Shown: in pieces, positions 17,168-25,360 of the stretch
How positions within the stretch are numbered: position 1 is the stretch's first letter
Layout: every line of letters starts with the position of its first letter
From: Candidatus Omnitrophota bacterium
GTDB lineage: Bacteria > Omnitrophota > Gorgyraeia > Duberdicusellales > 4484-171
DNA length: 64,000 nucleotides
Assembly: GCA_043820815.1 (NCBI GenBank)
Contig: JBDRDJ010000020.1
Coordinates: 23,436-87,435, forward strand
Reading direction: 5' to 3'
Made by a program: the position numbers and the translations under genes
Notes under the pieces: model-generated
The model's database searches: none
The model's input: the letters and a program-made list of their open reading frames with translations, nothing else
Told to the model about the DNA's origin: nothing

Positions 17168-19132
17168 TTAGAAGGGGGCTGGTGAGCCGTCGATGTCCCA
17201 TTCTTCATAACATGCAGATGGGATTTCGTAGAAGAACGGAGACGGCCTTGTGATTATAAGGCCGTTTTTGAAGGTGTATTTGTTCTGGGGATATGTTATG
17301 TAAAGCTGTGATTTGGTTCTTGTAATGGCAACATAAAACAGCCTGCGTTCTTCTTCTGTCTGGCTTTCTGAATCTAAGGCTTTTGGGTGGGGGAATTCAT
17401 AATCGCTGAAACCGATAATAAAAACGAATTCCCATTCAAGGCCTTTGGCCTGGTGAATTGTTGAAAGAACAAATATATCTTCTTTATCGGAAGACGAAAG
17501 CATGGTTTCACCTTTGAATTCTTCAAAGGAGCTTATATCAAGGATAAACCGCCTTATTGTCGGTTGATTAGCCGCCATTTTTGACAGCTCCTTTAAGTCA
17601 AGGATCCTTTCCTCGGCATTGTCAAAGGTAACGTAGCAGTGATCTTTGTATAGGTCTATAATATAGAGCAATGCTTGCTCAGGCTTAGACATCTTGCATA
17701 GATCGGAATAAACCGAAAGAAAATTCTTAAAACCTTCCTTTTGCCTTTTAGGTAAATTGCTTAGAATTTCATCTTGGGATTTCTGTTCCACGATATACCA
17801 GTGCCATATTTTATAAGCGTAACTTCTTCCTATGCCGCGATGAAGAGAAATTGCCCGTTTAAAGGAAAGCTCGTCACGGGAGTTTACGAGAATTTTAAGA
17901 TAAGAGAGGGCATCTTTTATATGAGCCTGCTCAAAGAAGCGCACGCCTCCGCGGATAACATACGGTATATTACGCTTGAGAAGTTCCATTTCCAGTTCAA
18001 TAGCTTGAAACCGGGAACGGAAAAGAACCGCCATTTCCTTAAGAGGTATTCCTTCTTGATTGAGCTCTATAACACGCTGGGCAACAAATTTTGCCTGCTG
18101 GTAAACGTCTTGGGCCTGGACAATTGAGGGTAAATTTCCATCCGGTTTTATAGCCGCAAGCGTCTTGGGGAATTGGTTAATGTTATGTTTTATTACCTCA
18201 TTGGCTAACCCTAATATTTGAGGGCTGGAACGGTAGTTTGTCTCAAGTTTAAATATTTTTGTCCCCTGGAAAGTTTTGGGAAAATCCAGGAGATTATTTA
18301 TGTCGGCGCCCCTAAAAGAGTATATTGACTGAGCGTCGTCGCCGACAGCGAGAATGTTGTTGTGGCAGCTTGACAAGCATTTTAGAATTTCAAATTGCAG
18401 CCTGTTTGTATCTTGATATTCATCGACTAAGATGTAGGTAAACATACGGGAATATTTTTCGCATAACTGGCGGTTCTCCAAGACGGCGAGCCAGTTGCAA
18501 AGTAAATCGTCAAAATCCATTATATTGGCTTCTTTTTTCTTTTTCTGATAGCGTAAAAGGACCTTCTTTATGTGAGGCAAGAATTCCTGGAGCCGGGGGT
18601 ACATCTCTGAAACTATGCAATCAGCATCTTTCTGGCAGTTTGATGTTAAGCTGCGTATGCGGCCGAGGATGTCTTTTTTGGGGAAAATTTTTCCTTGTTT
18701 TGAGAAACCGCACTCTTCTATCGCATCTTCGATTAAGTCTTTACTGTCTTCTTTGTCTACAATGGTAAAGTTAGGATCGTAGCCGAGTGCAAGAGATTCA
18801 TTGCGAAGAATTCTATTTGCGATATGGTGGAATGTTCCTGACCAGAGGTTTGTCAGGCTTGATTTTAAGACGATTTCTGCACGGTTAATCATTTCAGCGG
18901 CAGCTTTATTGGTAAAAGTTACAAGTAAAATATTTTGCGGATTTATACCTTTATCAAGCAAATAAGCCAGGCGGTAAATTAAAACCCGTGTTTTTCCGCT
19001 TCCTGCGCCTGCCAGGACAAGGCAAGGGCCGTCTGCGTCTTTTACAACCTTAAGCTGCCCGGGATTGAGATCTTTATCGTACTGTATATGTGATTCTGAG
19101 TGAAATGGCTCTAATTTGTAGTGTTTTTTCAT
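17168..19132 (-). CDS. uvrD: ATP-dependent DNA helicase, UvrD/PcrA/Rep family
   Basis: LNPGQ, AGAGSGKTRVL (Walker A), VDEYQDTN and later SF1 helicase motifs. Confidence 0.9.
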   Translation of the reverse strand: MKKHYKLEPFHSESHIQYDKDLNPGQLKVVKDADGPCLVLAGAGSGKTRVLIYRLAYLLDKGINPQNILLVTFTNKAAAEMINRAEIVLKSSLTNLWSGTFHHIANRILRNESLALGYDPNFTIVDKEDSKDLIEDAIEECGFSKQGKIFPKKDILGRIRSLTSNCQKDADCIVSEMYPRLQEFLPHIKKVLLRYQKKKKEANIMDFDDLLCNWLAVLENRQLCEKYSRMFTYILVDEYQDTNRLQFEILKCLSSCHNNILAVGDDAQSIYSFRGADINNLLDFPKTFQGTKIFKLETNYRSSPQILGLANEVIKHNINQFPKTLAAIKPDGNLPSIVQAQDVYQQAKFVAQRVIELNQEGIPLKEMAVLFRSRFQAIELEMELLKRNIPYVIRGGVRFFEQAHIKDALSYLKILVNSRDELSFKRAISLHRGIGRSYAYKIWHWYIVEQKSQDEILSNLPKRQKEGFKNFLSVYSDLCKMSKPEQALLYIIDLYKDHCYVTFDNAEERILDLKELSKMAANQPTIRRFILDISSFEEFKGETMLSSSDKEDIFVLSTIHQAKGLEWEFVFIIGFSDYEFPHPKALDSESQTEEERRLFYVAITRTKSQLYITYPQNKYTFKNGLIITRPSPFFYEIPSACYEEWDIDGSPAPF

Positions 19133-19176
19133 GGACAGCTATCTTATCATATTTTATAGAATAAGGCAAAAATTTA

Positions 19177-19207
19177 TACTTTAAATTCTTTTTACTTTAA
19201 ATTCTTT
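19177..19207. repeat. 15-bp exact direct repeat TACTTTAAATTCTTT x2 (period 16 bp)
   Basis: Copies at 19177-19191 and 19193-19207, in the divergent uvrD / CNNM-gene promoter region. Confidence 0.8.
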
Positions 19208-19230
19208 GATATAGATTTCTTGAAACTCGG

Positions 19231-19239
19231 TGGTATAAT
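19231..19239 (+). promoter_or_regulatory. extended -10 element TGgTATAAT, 11 nt before the ATG at 19251
   Basis: Read directly from the sequence. There is no SD between it and the start codon. Confidence 0.4.
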
Positions 19240-19250
19240 ATTATTTCAAA

Positions 19251-20480
19251 ATGGAATTAAATACCATAATTAATATTTTAATTTTCCCGCTGCTTCTTTT
19301 CTTTTCCTCTTTCTTCTCGGCTTCGGAAACGGCTTTGTTCTCTTTAAGCAAAGTTAACCTGCGCCGTCTTAAAGAACGTTACCCCCGGGCTAAAACCATC
19401 GGAAATCTTTTAAGAAATCCTACCGGGCTTCTTTCGGTAATTGTTTTCGGAAACATGCTGGTTAACATTGCTATTTCATCTTTGTCAACAGCCCTTTTTG
19501 TCGAGAAGTTTGGCAAGTGGGGCTTTATCACTGCAATAGTTTCGAGCGGAACATTAATACTTTTCTTCGGTGAAATCCTGCCAAAGTCAATAGCGATATA
19601 TGCCGCCGAGAAGGTATCTTTAAGATGCGCGGGAGCCCTTGCGGTGTTTTCGAAGATCTCTTACTGGGCGATTTATGTTATAGGGAAAATAGTTGATTAC
19701 TTTTCGGCATTCATCATACGCTGCTCCCGCAGGAAAGGGTTAAGCGATGATGAACTAAAAATTGCCCTTCTTCTTTCAAGGGATCAGGGCCAAATAAGTG
19801 AAGCAGAAGAAGAAATAATAAGCAATGTTTTGGAGTTTAAGGATACATGGGTTAGTGAAATACTTACCGCTAGAATAGATATCAAGGGCATCGATATAAC
19901 GTTAGATCAGAAGGATACAATTAATTACCTGAAGGAAGCCAAACATTCTAAAGTTCCCGTTTACGAAGGGTCTCTGGATAAGATAGTAGGAATTTTATAC
20001 GCAAAAGATTTATTTCTTAATCCCGGCCAGGATTACCATAAACTGATGCGTAAACCGTTTTTCGTTCCCGAGAGCAAGCGTATCGACGATGTTCTTAAGG
20101 AGTTTCTCGATACCGGTGAAAGGATTGCTGTTGTCTTGGATGAGTATGGCGGGACAGAAGGCATAGTTACCCTTGAAGATATAGAAGAAGAGATATTCGG
20201 TGAGGTGTATGATGAATTTGAAACTCCCAGGGAGCTAATTGAAAAAATTCATGATTTCATATATCGGGTATACGGTAAGACGCCTATAAAAACGGTAAAT
20301 TTAGAGCTGGATTTAGATTTGCCCGAAGATGAAGATACTGTTGCCGGATTCTTGCTTTCTGCTATGGAAAAAATACCTAAGCCTAAAGAGAAGTTTGAAT
20401 TTAAGAATGCAGAGTTCATTATAGAGAGGGCTACTGCGCGAAGAGTTGTAAGTGTGTTATTGATTAAAACAAAAAAGTAG
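19251..20480 (+). CDS. CNNM/DUF21 + CBS pair + CorC_HlyC domain transporter (hemolysin/CorC family)
   Basis: N-terminal four-TM DUF21 region, CBS-pair region and C-terminal CorC/HlyC-like domain. Confidence 0.85.
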   Translation: MELNTIINILIFPLLLFFSSFFSASETALFSLSKVNLRRLKERYPRAKTIGNLLRNPTGLLSVIVFGNMLVNIAISSLSTALFVEKFGKWGFITAIVSSGTLILFFGEILPKSIAIYAAEKVSLRCAGALAVFSKISYWAIYVIGKIVDYFSAFIIRCSRRKGLSDDELKIALLLSRDQGQISEAEEEIISNVLEFKDTWVSEILTARIDIKGIDITLDQKDTINYLKEAKHSKVPVYEGSLDKIVGILYAKDLFLNPGQDYHKLMRKPFFVPESKRIDDVLKEFLDTGERIAVVLDEYGGTEGIVTLEDIEEEIFGEVYDEFETPRELIEKIHDFIYRVYGKTPIKTVNLELDLDLPEDEDTVAGFLLSAMEKIPKPKEKFEFKNAEFIIERATARRVVSVLLIKTKK

Positions 20481-20498
20481 AAAACAGGGATAGCGACA

Positions 20499-21458
20499 AT
20501 GATGGCTTTATATATTTTGGGATCTTTTGTATTATTGCTGTTACAGGGATTTTTCGCCGCGAGCGAAATAAGTTTTATATCGTCGGTTATGTTAACTTTA
20601 AGGCACCGGCAGGAAAAAGGCGATAAACGGGCCAAAAAAGTCTATTCGCTTATGAGCAAGCCGGAGAAATTTCTGGCTACCACTCTTGTCGGGACAAATA
20701 TTTCTGTTGTATTGAGCTCCAGCCTTATGACACTTTTCTTCATTTCTTTAGGTATCGGAAACAGCAACATTTGGGTAACTGTCATCTTCACGCCGCTTGT
20801 TGTAGTATTCGCAGAACTGATTCCTAAAAATATCGGCAAGTATTTCAGGGAGGATTTCAGCTGCCGTGTGGTAAATATTATTGACTTTTTTCAGCGGATA
20901 TTTTCTCCTGCTGTAACAGGCATCCTTGGGGTAAGCAATTTTATTGTTGGGCTTGTTGTCGGGCATTCAAGGAAACGCTCTCCTTTTGTCACAAAAGAAG
21001 AGATAAAATTTCTGTTAAAAGAGATTCAAAAGCAGGGCGGCATTGATAGAGGAGAACAGGAGGCCATAGAAGAAGTTTTCGAATTTAAGAGTAGTAAAAT
21101 CAAAGATGTATGCGTCAGCCTTAATAAGGTGGCGGGGTTTGATTATACCGATTCTTTTGAAAGGATTGTTGAGATTGCCAGAGGAAGCAGGTTTACGCGG
21201 TTTGTCGTATTTAAGAATAGGGAAGTTGTAGGCTACGTGAATATATTTGATATTTTCTACAATCCCGGCAAGAATTGGCATTACTTAATCAGGCCAATTC
21301 CTAAAGTAGGAGCAAACCAGAAGCTGTATGAAGTGTTTACGCGCCTTAAGTCGGACAAGGAAAGTATAGCCCTGGTATTAAAAGGAAGGCGCCCCTCAGG
21401 CATTATTACCCTTCAGGACTTAATCCGCGAAGTCATCACCTCAATCGTCAAAATTTAA
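20499..21458 (+). CDS. CNNM/DUF21 + CBS pair protein (paralog lacking the CorC C-terminal domain)
   Basis: Same DUF21 membrane architecture and CBS pair as the upstream gene, at 319 aa. Confidence 0.8.
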   Translation: MMALYILGSFVLLLLQGFFAASEISFISSVMLTLRHRQEKGDKRAKKVYSLMSKPEKFLATTLVGTNISVVLSSSLMTLFFISLGIGNSNIWVTVIFTPLVVVFAELIPKNIGKYFREDFSCRVVNIIDFFQRIFSPAVTGILGVSNFIVGLVVGHSRKRSPFVTKEEIKFLLKEIQKQGGIDRGEQEAIEEVFEFKSSKIKDVCVSLNKVAGFDYTDSFERIVEIARGSRFTRFVVFKNREVVGYVNIFDIFYNPGKNWHYLIRPIPKVGANQKLYEVFTRLKSDKESIALVLKGRRPSGIITLQDLIREVITSIVKI

Positions 21459-21482
21459 AACCCAGATTAACACAAATAGTCT

Positions 21483-22106
21483 TTAGCCTTGCAAGAGGAG
21501 GGCGTTTAATTCTTTTGCGCTTACGCAGGTTACGCCTAATTTATGTGCCCAGGTAATAAGGCCGTTATCAGATGTTGCAAGATAAGCGCCTAATTCTTTT
21601 GCCAAAAGAATTAGGTCGAAATCTTCTTTGCTGTCTATTATGCCTTCCCGTAAAGCTATACGGAATTCTTCCCTTAAGCTTTTTATAATTTCTTCGCCCG
21701 GCTGGGGAAGATACCTTTTATCCTTTTCGCTTTGGTCTTGTGGATTATCGCACTGATATTTTATTCCTTTACGCGCGTATTTTTCGGCTACTCGAAGCCC
21801 TTTATTTATCCGCAAGCGAATTTGTTCTATTATTTCATATACAAAAAGAGCCGGAATTGTTGATTCGTATGATGAGGGAGGGCGCTTTTCAATGAACAGC
21901 ATCTTCTTAGGTGGAATTTCTTTTTCAATGAATTTCATAAGTTCCTCATAGATCGTTACAGGTGTATAACACTTTATTCTTTTGGATTCTTTAGCAATAT
22001 CCAAGAAATTTACCAGTGCCTGATAGGGAGTGTTTCCAAAGAAAACGCGGGAATCGGGGTTTACGAATATGCTGGTATCAAGAACGATTTTCTGAAATTT
22101 TTCCAT
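21483..22106 (-). CDS. PIN_5/UPF0278 family protein; homolog of Aquifex RNase P (HARP, RNA-free RNase P; older annotation 'RNA ligase partner protein')
   Basis: VLDTSIF N-terminus, LRINKGLRVAE, and REGIIDSKEDFDLILLAKELGAYLATSDNGLITWAHKLG match my recollection of the conserved blocks of Aq_880-type proteins. SD AAGGAGG sits 9 nt upstream on the - strand. Confidence 0.7.
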   Translation of the reverse strand: MEKFQKIVLDTSIFVNPDSRVFFGNTPYQALVNFLDIAKESKRIKCYTPVTIYEELMKFIEKEIPPKKMLFIEKRPPSSYESTIPALFVYEIIEQIRLRINKGLRVAEKYARKGIKYQCDNPQDQSEKDKRYLPQPGEEIIKSLREEFRIALREGIIDSKEDFDLILLAKELGAYLATSDNGLITWAHKLGVTCVSAKELNALLLQG

Positions 22107-22217
22107 TGATTAAAGGCCTCCTTATTGATTAAAAAATATTTTACCCTGTATTAATTAATATTGTAAAGCATAAACATATCTTGTGCAATTAAAAAAAGCT
22201 AAGCCTTAAGGATTGAT

Positions 22218-22246
22218 TTGACAAATCAGAGGGGTTCTGGTATATT
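22218..22246 (+). promoter_or_regulatory. candidate promoter for bamD-like gene (TTGACA-17-TATATT)
   Basis: Perfect -35 at 22218-22223 and -10 at 22241-22246, with the ATG 17 nt downstream. Confidence 0.5.
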
Positions 22247-22263
22247 TTCACTAATAAGTTATT

Positions 22264-23484
22264 ATGAGAAAGTTTATTATTTATTTATTTATTCTTTATT
22301 TTTCCTGCGTAAACGCCTATTCTTTCTGGATATGGTCTCCCAGGACAAATAAATTCAGCGGCCCTGACAGCGCAAGCCTTGCCACTCCATACTTGCAGTT
22401 TCGCAGAGCCTTAGGCCATTACGATCAGAAGAAATTCACTGCCGCATATATCGAATTCAGTAAGATTATAGTGGATTATCCTGATTCACGCCAGGCAGCC
22501 AAATCTCAATTTTATATGGGTAAATGCAAGGAGGCTCTGGACAAGCCGTTTGAGGCTTTTTTAGATTATCAAAAACTGATAAACAGCTATCCTAATAGCA
22601 GGAAAATTAACGAAACCCTGAAGAATATTTATGATATTGGAGAATATTTTCTGCAGCGTGAATCTAAGAAATGGTTGGGGCTGTCGGTTTACGATTTTGT
22701 CGAACATCCCTCGGTAGAGATCTTTACCTATATAACTGATAAAGCTCCCTATTCCGAGTTTGCTGCTTTAGCCCAGTACAAAATAGGTATGCTTTATTCT
22801 CAGTTAGGCCGTCCCGAAGAAGCAAGAGATGCATTTCGTAAGGTAATAGATAATTATCCCACAAGCGAGTGGGTACAACCGAGTAAATACCAGGTAGCTA
22901 TAGCTGCTTCAAAGATATCGGCCGGTGAAGATTATGATAGCTCCTATATAGAAGAGGCATCAGAAACGCTTGATGAATTTGTTAAACAGCATCCCGAAAC
23001 CGCTGTTTTCTCAAAAGCCAAGGGGCAGCTTAAGAATTTAAAGAATAAGGAGGCAAGAAAGAATTATGATATAGCCTATTTTTATGAAACTCAGCGCAAA
23101 TATCAAAGTGCCCTTTATTATTATAATATCGTAGTTGACAAATACCCAAACAGTGAATATTTTGATAGAGCCAGCCGTAAAATTGAACTTTTAGAAGCGA
23201 ATGCCTCAGATGTTAAGGAAGAATCCCCGGGGGTTATAAAAAATGGTAAGAGTTCGGCAGAAGATAAAAAGGAACACCGCAAACTCGCAGAACTCAAGAA
23301 GAAAAGAAAAAAGAAGCTTAAAGAATTGAAATTAAAAGCCAGGCAGGAGCGTCAAAAAGTTTCAACCAGCCGCCAGCCTTCTTCCGGCATAAGTCAAGAA
23401 GGCCAGCCGGCAGATAAAGATATTAAAGCTGAGCCCAAAGTTTCTCCGGATGAAGCATCCGGAGAAAAAGAACCGGAGAATTAA
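22264..23484 (+). CDS. bamD: TPR-repeat outer-membrane assembly lipoprotein, BamD(YfiO)-like, with Lys/Glu-rich C-terminal tail
   Basis: Signal or lipoprotein-like N-terminus (..YFSC), repeated TPR-like units with the YPDS/YPNS/YPTSEW pattern typical of BamD, and a low-complexity tail. Confidence 0.6.
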   Translation: MRKFIIYLFILYFSCVNAYSFWIWSPRTNKFSGPDSASLATPYLQFRRALGHYDQKKFTAAYIEFSKIIVDYPDSRQAAKSQFYMGKCKEALDKPFEAFLDYQKLINSYPNSRKINETLKNIYDIGEYFLQRESKKWLGLSVYDFVEHPSVEIFTYITDKAPYSEFAALAQYKIGMLYSQLGRPEEARDAFRKVIDNYPTSEWVQPSKYQVAIAASKISAGEDYDSSYIEEASETLDEFVKQHPETAVFSKAKGQLKNLKNKEARKNYDIAYFYETQRKYQSALYYYNIVVDKYPNSEYFDRASRKIELLEANASDVKEESPGVIKNGKSSAEDKKEHRKLAELKKKRKKKLKELKLKARQERQKVSTSRQPSSGISQEGQPADKDIKAEPKVSPDEASGEKEPEN

Positions 23485-23488
23485 ACTA

Positions 23489-24052
23489 ATGAAAAGTAAT
23501 TTTTCCTTTCCGTATTCGTTATTGCTTTTATTATTCGGTCTTTGGCTTTTGGCCTTGGTTTTTGCAAGCGGCGGCTGCGGATATGCTACAACAGGTTATA
23601 TTTATAATGAAAAGAAAATATTTATCACTCCCGTAACAAACGAAGTAGATATAACTTCCGAGGCAAGAAAGTATTCGGAATACAGGAGTTTTCCGGTATT
23701 GCTTGAAAAGAAATTAACCAATACATTAATAGATAAATTCAATACTTACGGCCGGCTGAAAGTGGTAAGCCAGGAAGCGGGAGCTCTTAAGTTAGGGTGC
23801 ACCGTAAAAGATTACCGCAAGGAAGCGCTGCGCTACACCGACGGCGATGAGGTTAACGAACAAAGGTTGTGGCTTGATGTTTATATTGTGCTCACAGATT
23901 CCAAGGGTGTGGTTCTTAAAGAGGGGACCGAAAGCGGTAAAGCCAGTTATTTTCTATCAGGGCCTCAGAGCAAAAGCGAATCAGCCGCCCAGAAAGATTT
24001 GATAGACGATACAGCACGCAGGATTCAAGAAGCAGTTGTTGAGGAATGGTAA
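23489..24052 (+). CDS. lptE: LptE-like LPS-assembly lipoprotein
   Basis: Signal peptide ending ..ASGGC (a lipobox-like Cys). Its size of ~190 aa and its position directly upstream of a holA-like gene mirror the conserved lptE-holA synteny. I chose start 23489, after the bamD stop. Confidence 0.5.
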   Translation: MKSNFSFPYSLLLLLFGLWLLALVFASGGCGYATTGYIYNEKKIFITPVTNEVDITSEARKYSEYRSFPVLLEKKLTNTLIDKFNTYGRLKVVSQEAGALKLGCTVKDYRKEALRYTDGDEVNEQRLWLDVYIVLTDSKGVVLKEGTESGKASYFLSGPQSKSESAAQKDLIDDTARRIQEAVVEEW

Positions 24053-24197
24053 ACCACGTTAGGCACTTTTGCGATACTGTTAATGGCGGCATTAACATCT
24101 TACCGGCCGCAAAGAGAGCCAGTATTATTTAATAGCCGCAGCTTGCCTCACAGCCTATCCGTATGCCGGGTTATACTTTCCGATTTTTATTTTTCCT

Positions 24198-24905
24198 ATG
24201 AAGATTTCAGACCGCCTTTATCTTGTAGCCGGTAAAGATTTACGCCAGCGCAAAATGGCGATTGAGCGTATCAAACAAAAGATATCAAAAGAAACCTCTG
24301 CGTGTTATTCAGAATATATAATTTTCGGTAAAGACGCAGATTGCCTAAGCATTAAAGAGAATGTTTTCACATTTTCCTTCACAAGAGGCAAAATATTAAT
24401 ACTAAGAGATCCCTTAAAGCTGTCAAAAGACGTAAAAATTATTCTAAAAAATAATTTAGATAAGGTGTTGTCCGTTCATTACCTTATCGTTGAGTCTCAA
24501 GACGATTATTATTATCTGCAGAATAGTAAAAAGCTTGCCTCTGATGAACTGTTTGGTTTTATTCTCCGTAATGCTCAGAAGGTAAAAATTTCATCGTCAG
24601 GGCCGCCTAATTTTATGGCTAATTTTAAAAAGAGCATTCGGGCAGCCGGTAAAGAAGCTGTTTTTCTCAGCCTCGAGAACCTTTTTAAGGAGGTATCTAA
24701 TGCCAGCGATATTGCCCCTTTAATATTAGGGATTATGGTAAATGAAGTTTCAGCTATAAAAGATAAAGCCAAAAGGCTCTCTTGCCTGGAATATATCTGG
24801 CGTGCCGACAGGGATATTAAGGAATATGGTAATGACGCAAGAGTAGCAGTTGAACTTCTGCTTATACGGCTGTTTAATGCGGGCCTGTTGCCACGGGGTC
24901 TTTAG
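24198..24905 (+). CDS. holA: DNA polymerase III delta subunit-like protein (short, 235 aa)
   Basis: There is weak N-terminal resemblance (YLVAGKD..) to the delta subunit, plus synteny after the lptE-like gene. It is shorter than canonical HolA. Confidence 0.5.
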   Translation: MKISDRLYLVAGKDLRQRKMAIERIKQKISKETSACYSEYIIFGKDADCLSIKENVFTFSFTRGKILILRDPLKLSKDVKIILKNNLDKVLSVHYLIVESQDDYYYLQNSKKLASDELFGFILRNAQKVKISSSGPPNFMANFKKSIRAAGKEAVFLSLENLFKEVSNASDIAPLILGIMVNEVSAIKDKAKRLSCLEYIWRADRDIKEYGNDARVAVELLLIRLFNAGLLPRGL

Positions 24906-25165
24906 GCGCTCTTATTGACTAGTTTTGCAAGGCGGCTTTTTTTGCGGGAAGCTTTGTTGGGATGGATTATTTTCTTAGAGGCTTTTTTGTCGAGTATTGA
25001 ATATGCTTCTTTCAGAACCTGCCTGCTGGAGTTTGTGTCCTTGCTCTCAATAGCTTTTTTTAGTTTTTTTATTGTATCCTTAACGGCTTTCTTCGCGGTA
25101 AAGTTTCTTTTTCGTCTTTTCTCGCTTTTCCTAAGCTCTTTTTTTGCTGATCTTCTTTGCGGCAT
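24902..25165 (-). CDS. rpsT: 30S ribosomal protein S20
   Basis: MPQRRSAKKELRKSEKRRKRN.. is highly basic, 87 aa, with the typical S20 N-terminus. Confidence 0.93.
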   Translation of the reverse strand: MPQRRSAKKELRKSEKRRKRNFTAKKAVKDTIKKLKKAIESKDTNSSRQVLKEAYSILDKKASKKIIHPNKASRKKSRLAKLVNKSA

Positions 25166-25262
25166 GTTTCCTCCTTATATTTTTTGCGCTGCAAAAAATA
25201 TCCATCATCCGCTTCGCGGATGAGAAAGGGAAGCTGAAATAATTTCTTATTAAGTTTAAGGA

Positions 25263-25290
25263 TTTTATACGAATGTAAGGGTGATGTCAA
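25263..25290 (-). promoter_or_regulatory. candidate rpsT promoter (TTGACA-15/16-TATAAAAT on the - strand)
   Basis: The reverse complement of 25285-25290 is TTGACA, and that of 25263-25269 is TATAAAA. A hairpin TCATCCGC..GCGGATGA (25206-25224) follows in the leader. Confidence 0.35.
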
Positions 25291-25360
25291 GTTCTTTTTC
25301 TTATGACGCTGGCGTCTAATTTTATCGCCAAGATTCCTTTAACTCAAATTTATATTCTTC

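Noticed and set aside
21463-21477. Exact 15-mer CAGATTAACACAAAT shared between 21463-21477 and 47283-47297.
   Set aside because: By rough estimate, a few chance 15-mer matches are expected in 64 kb on both strands, especially in AT-rich DNA. Without more copies it cannot be called a repeat family.
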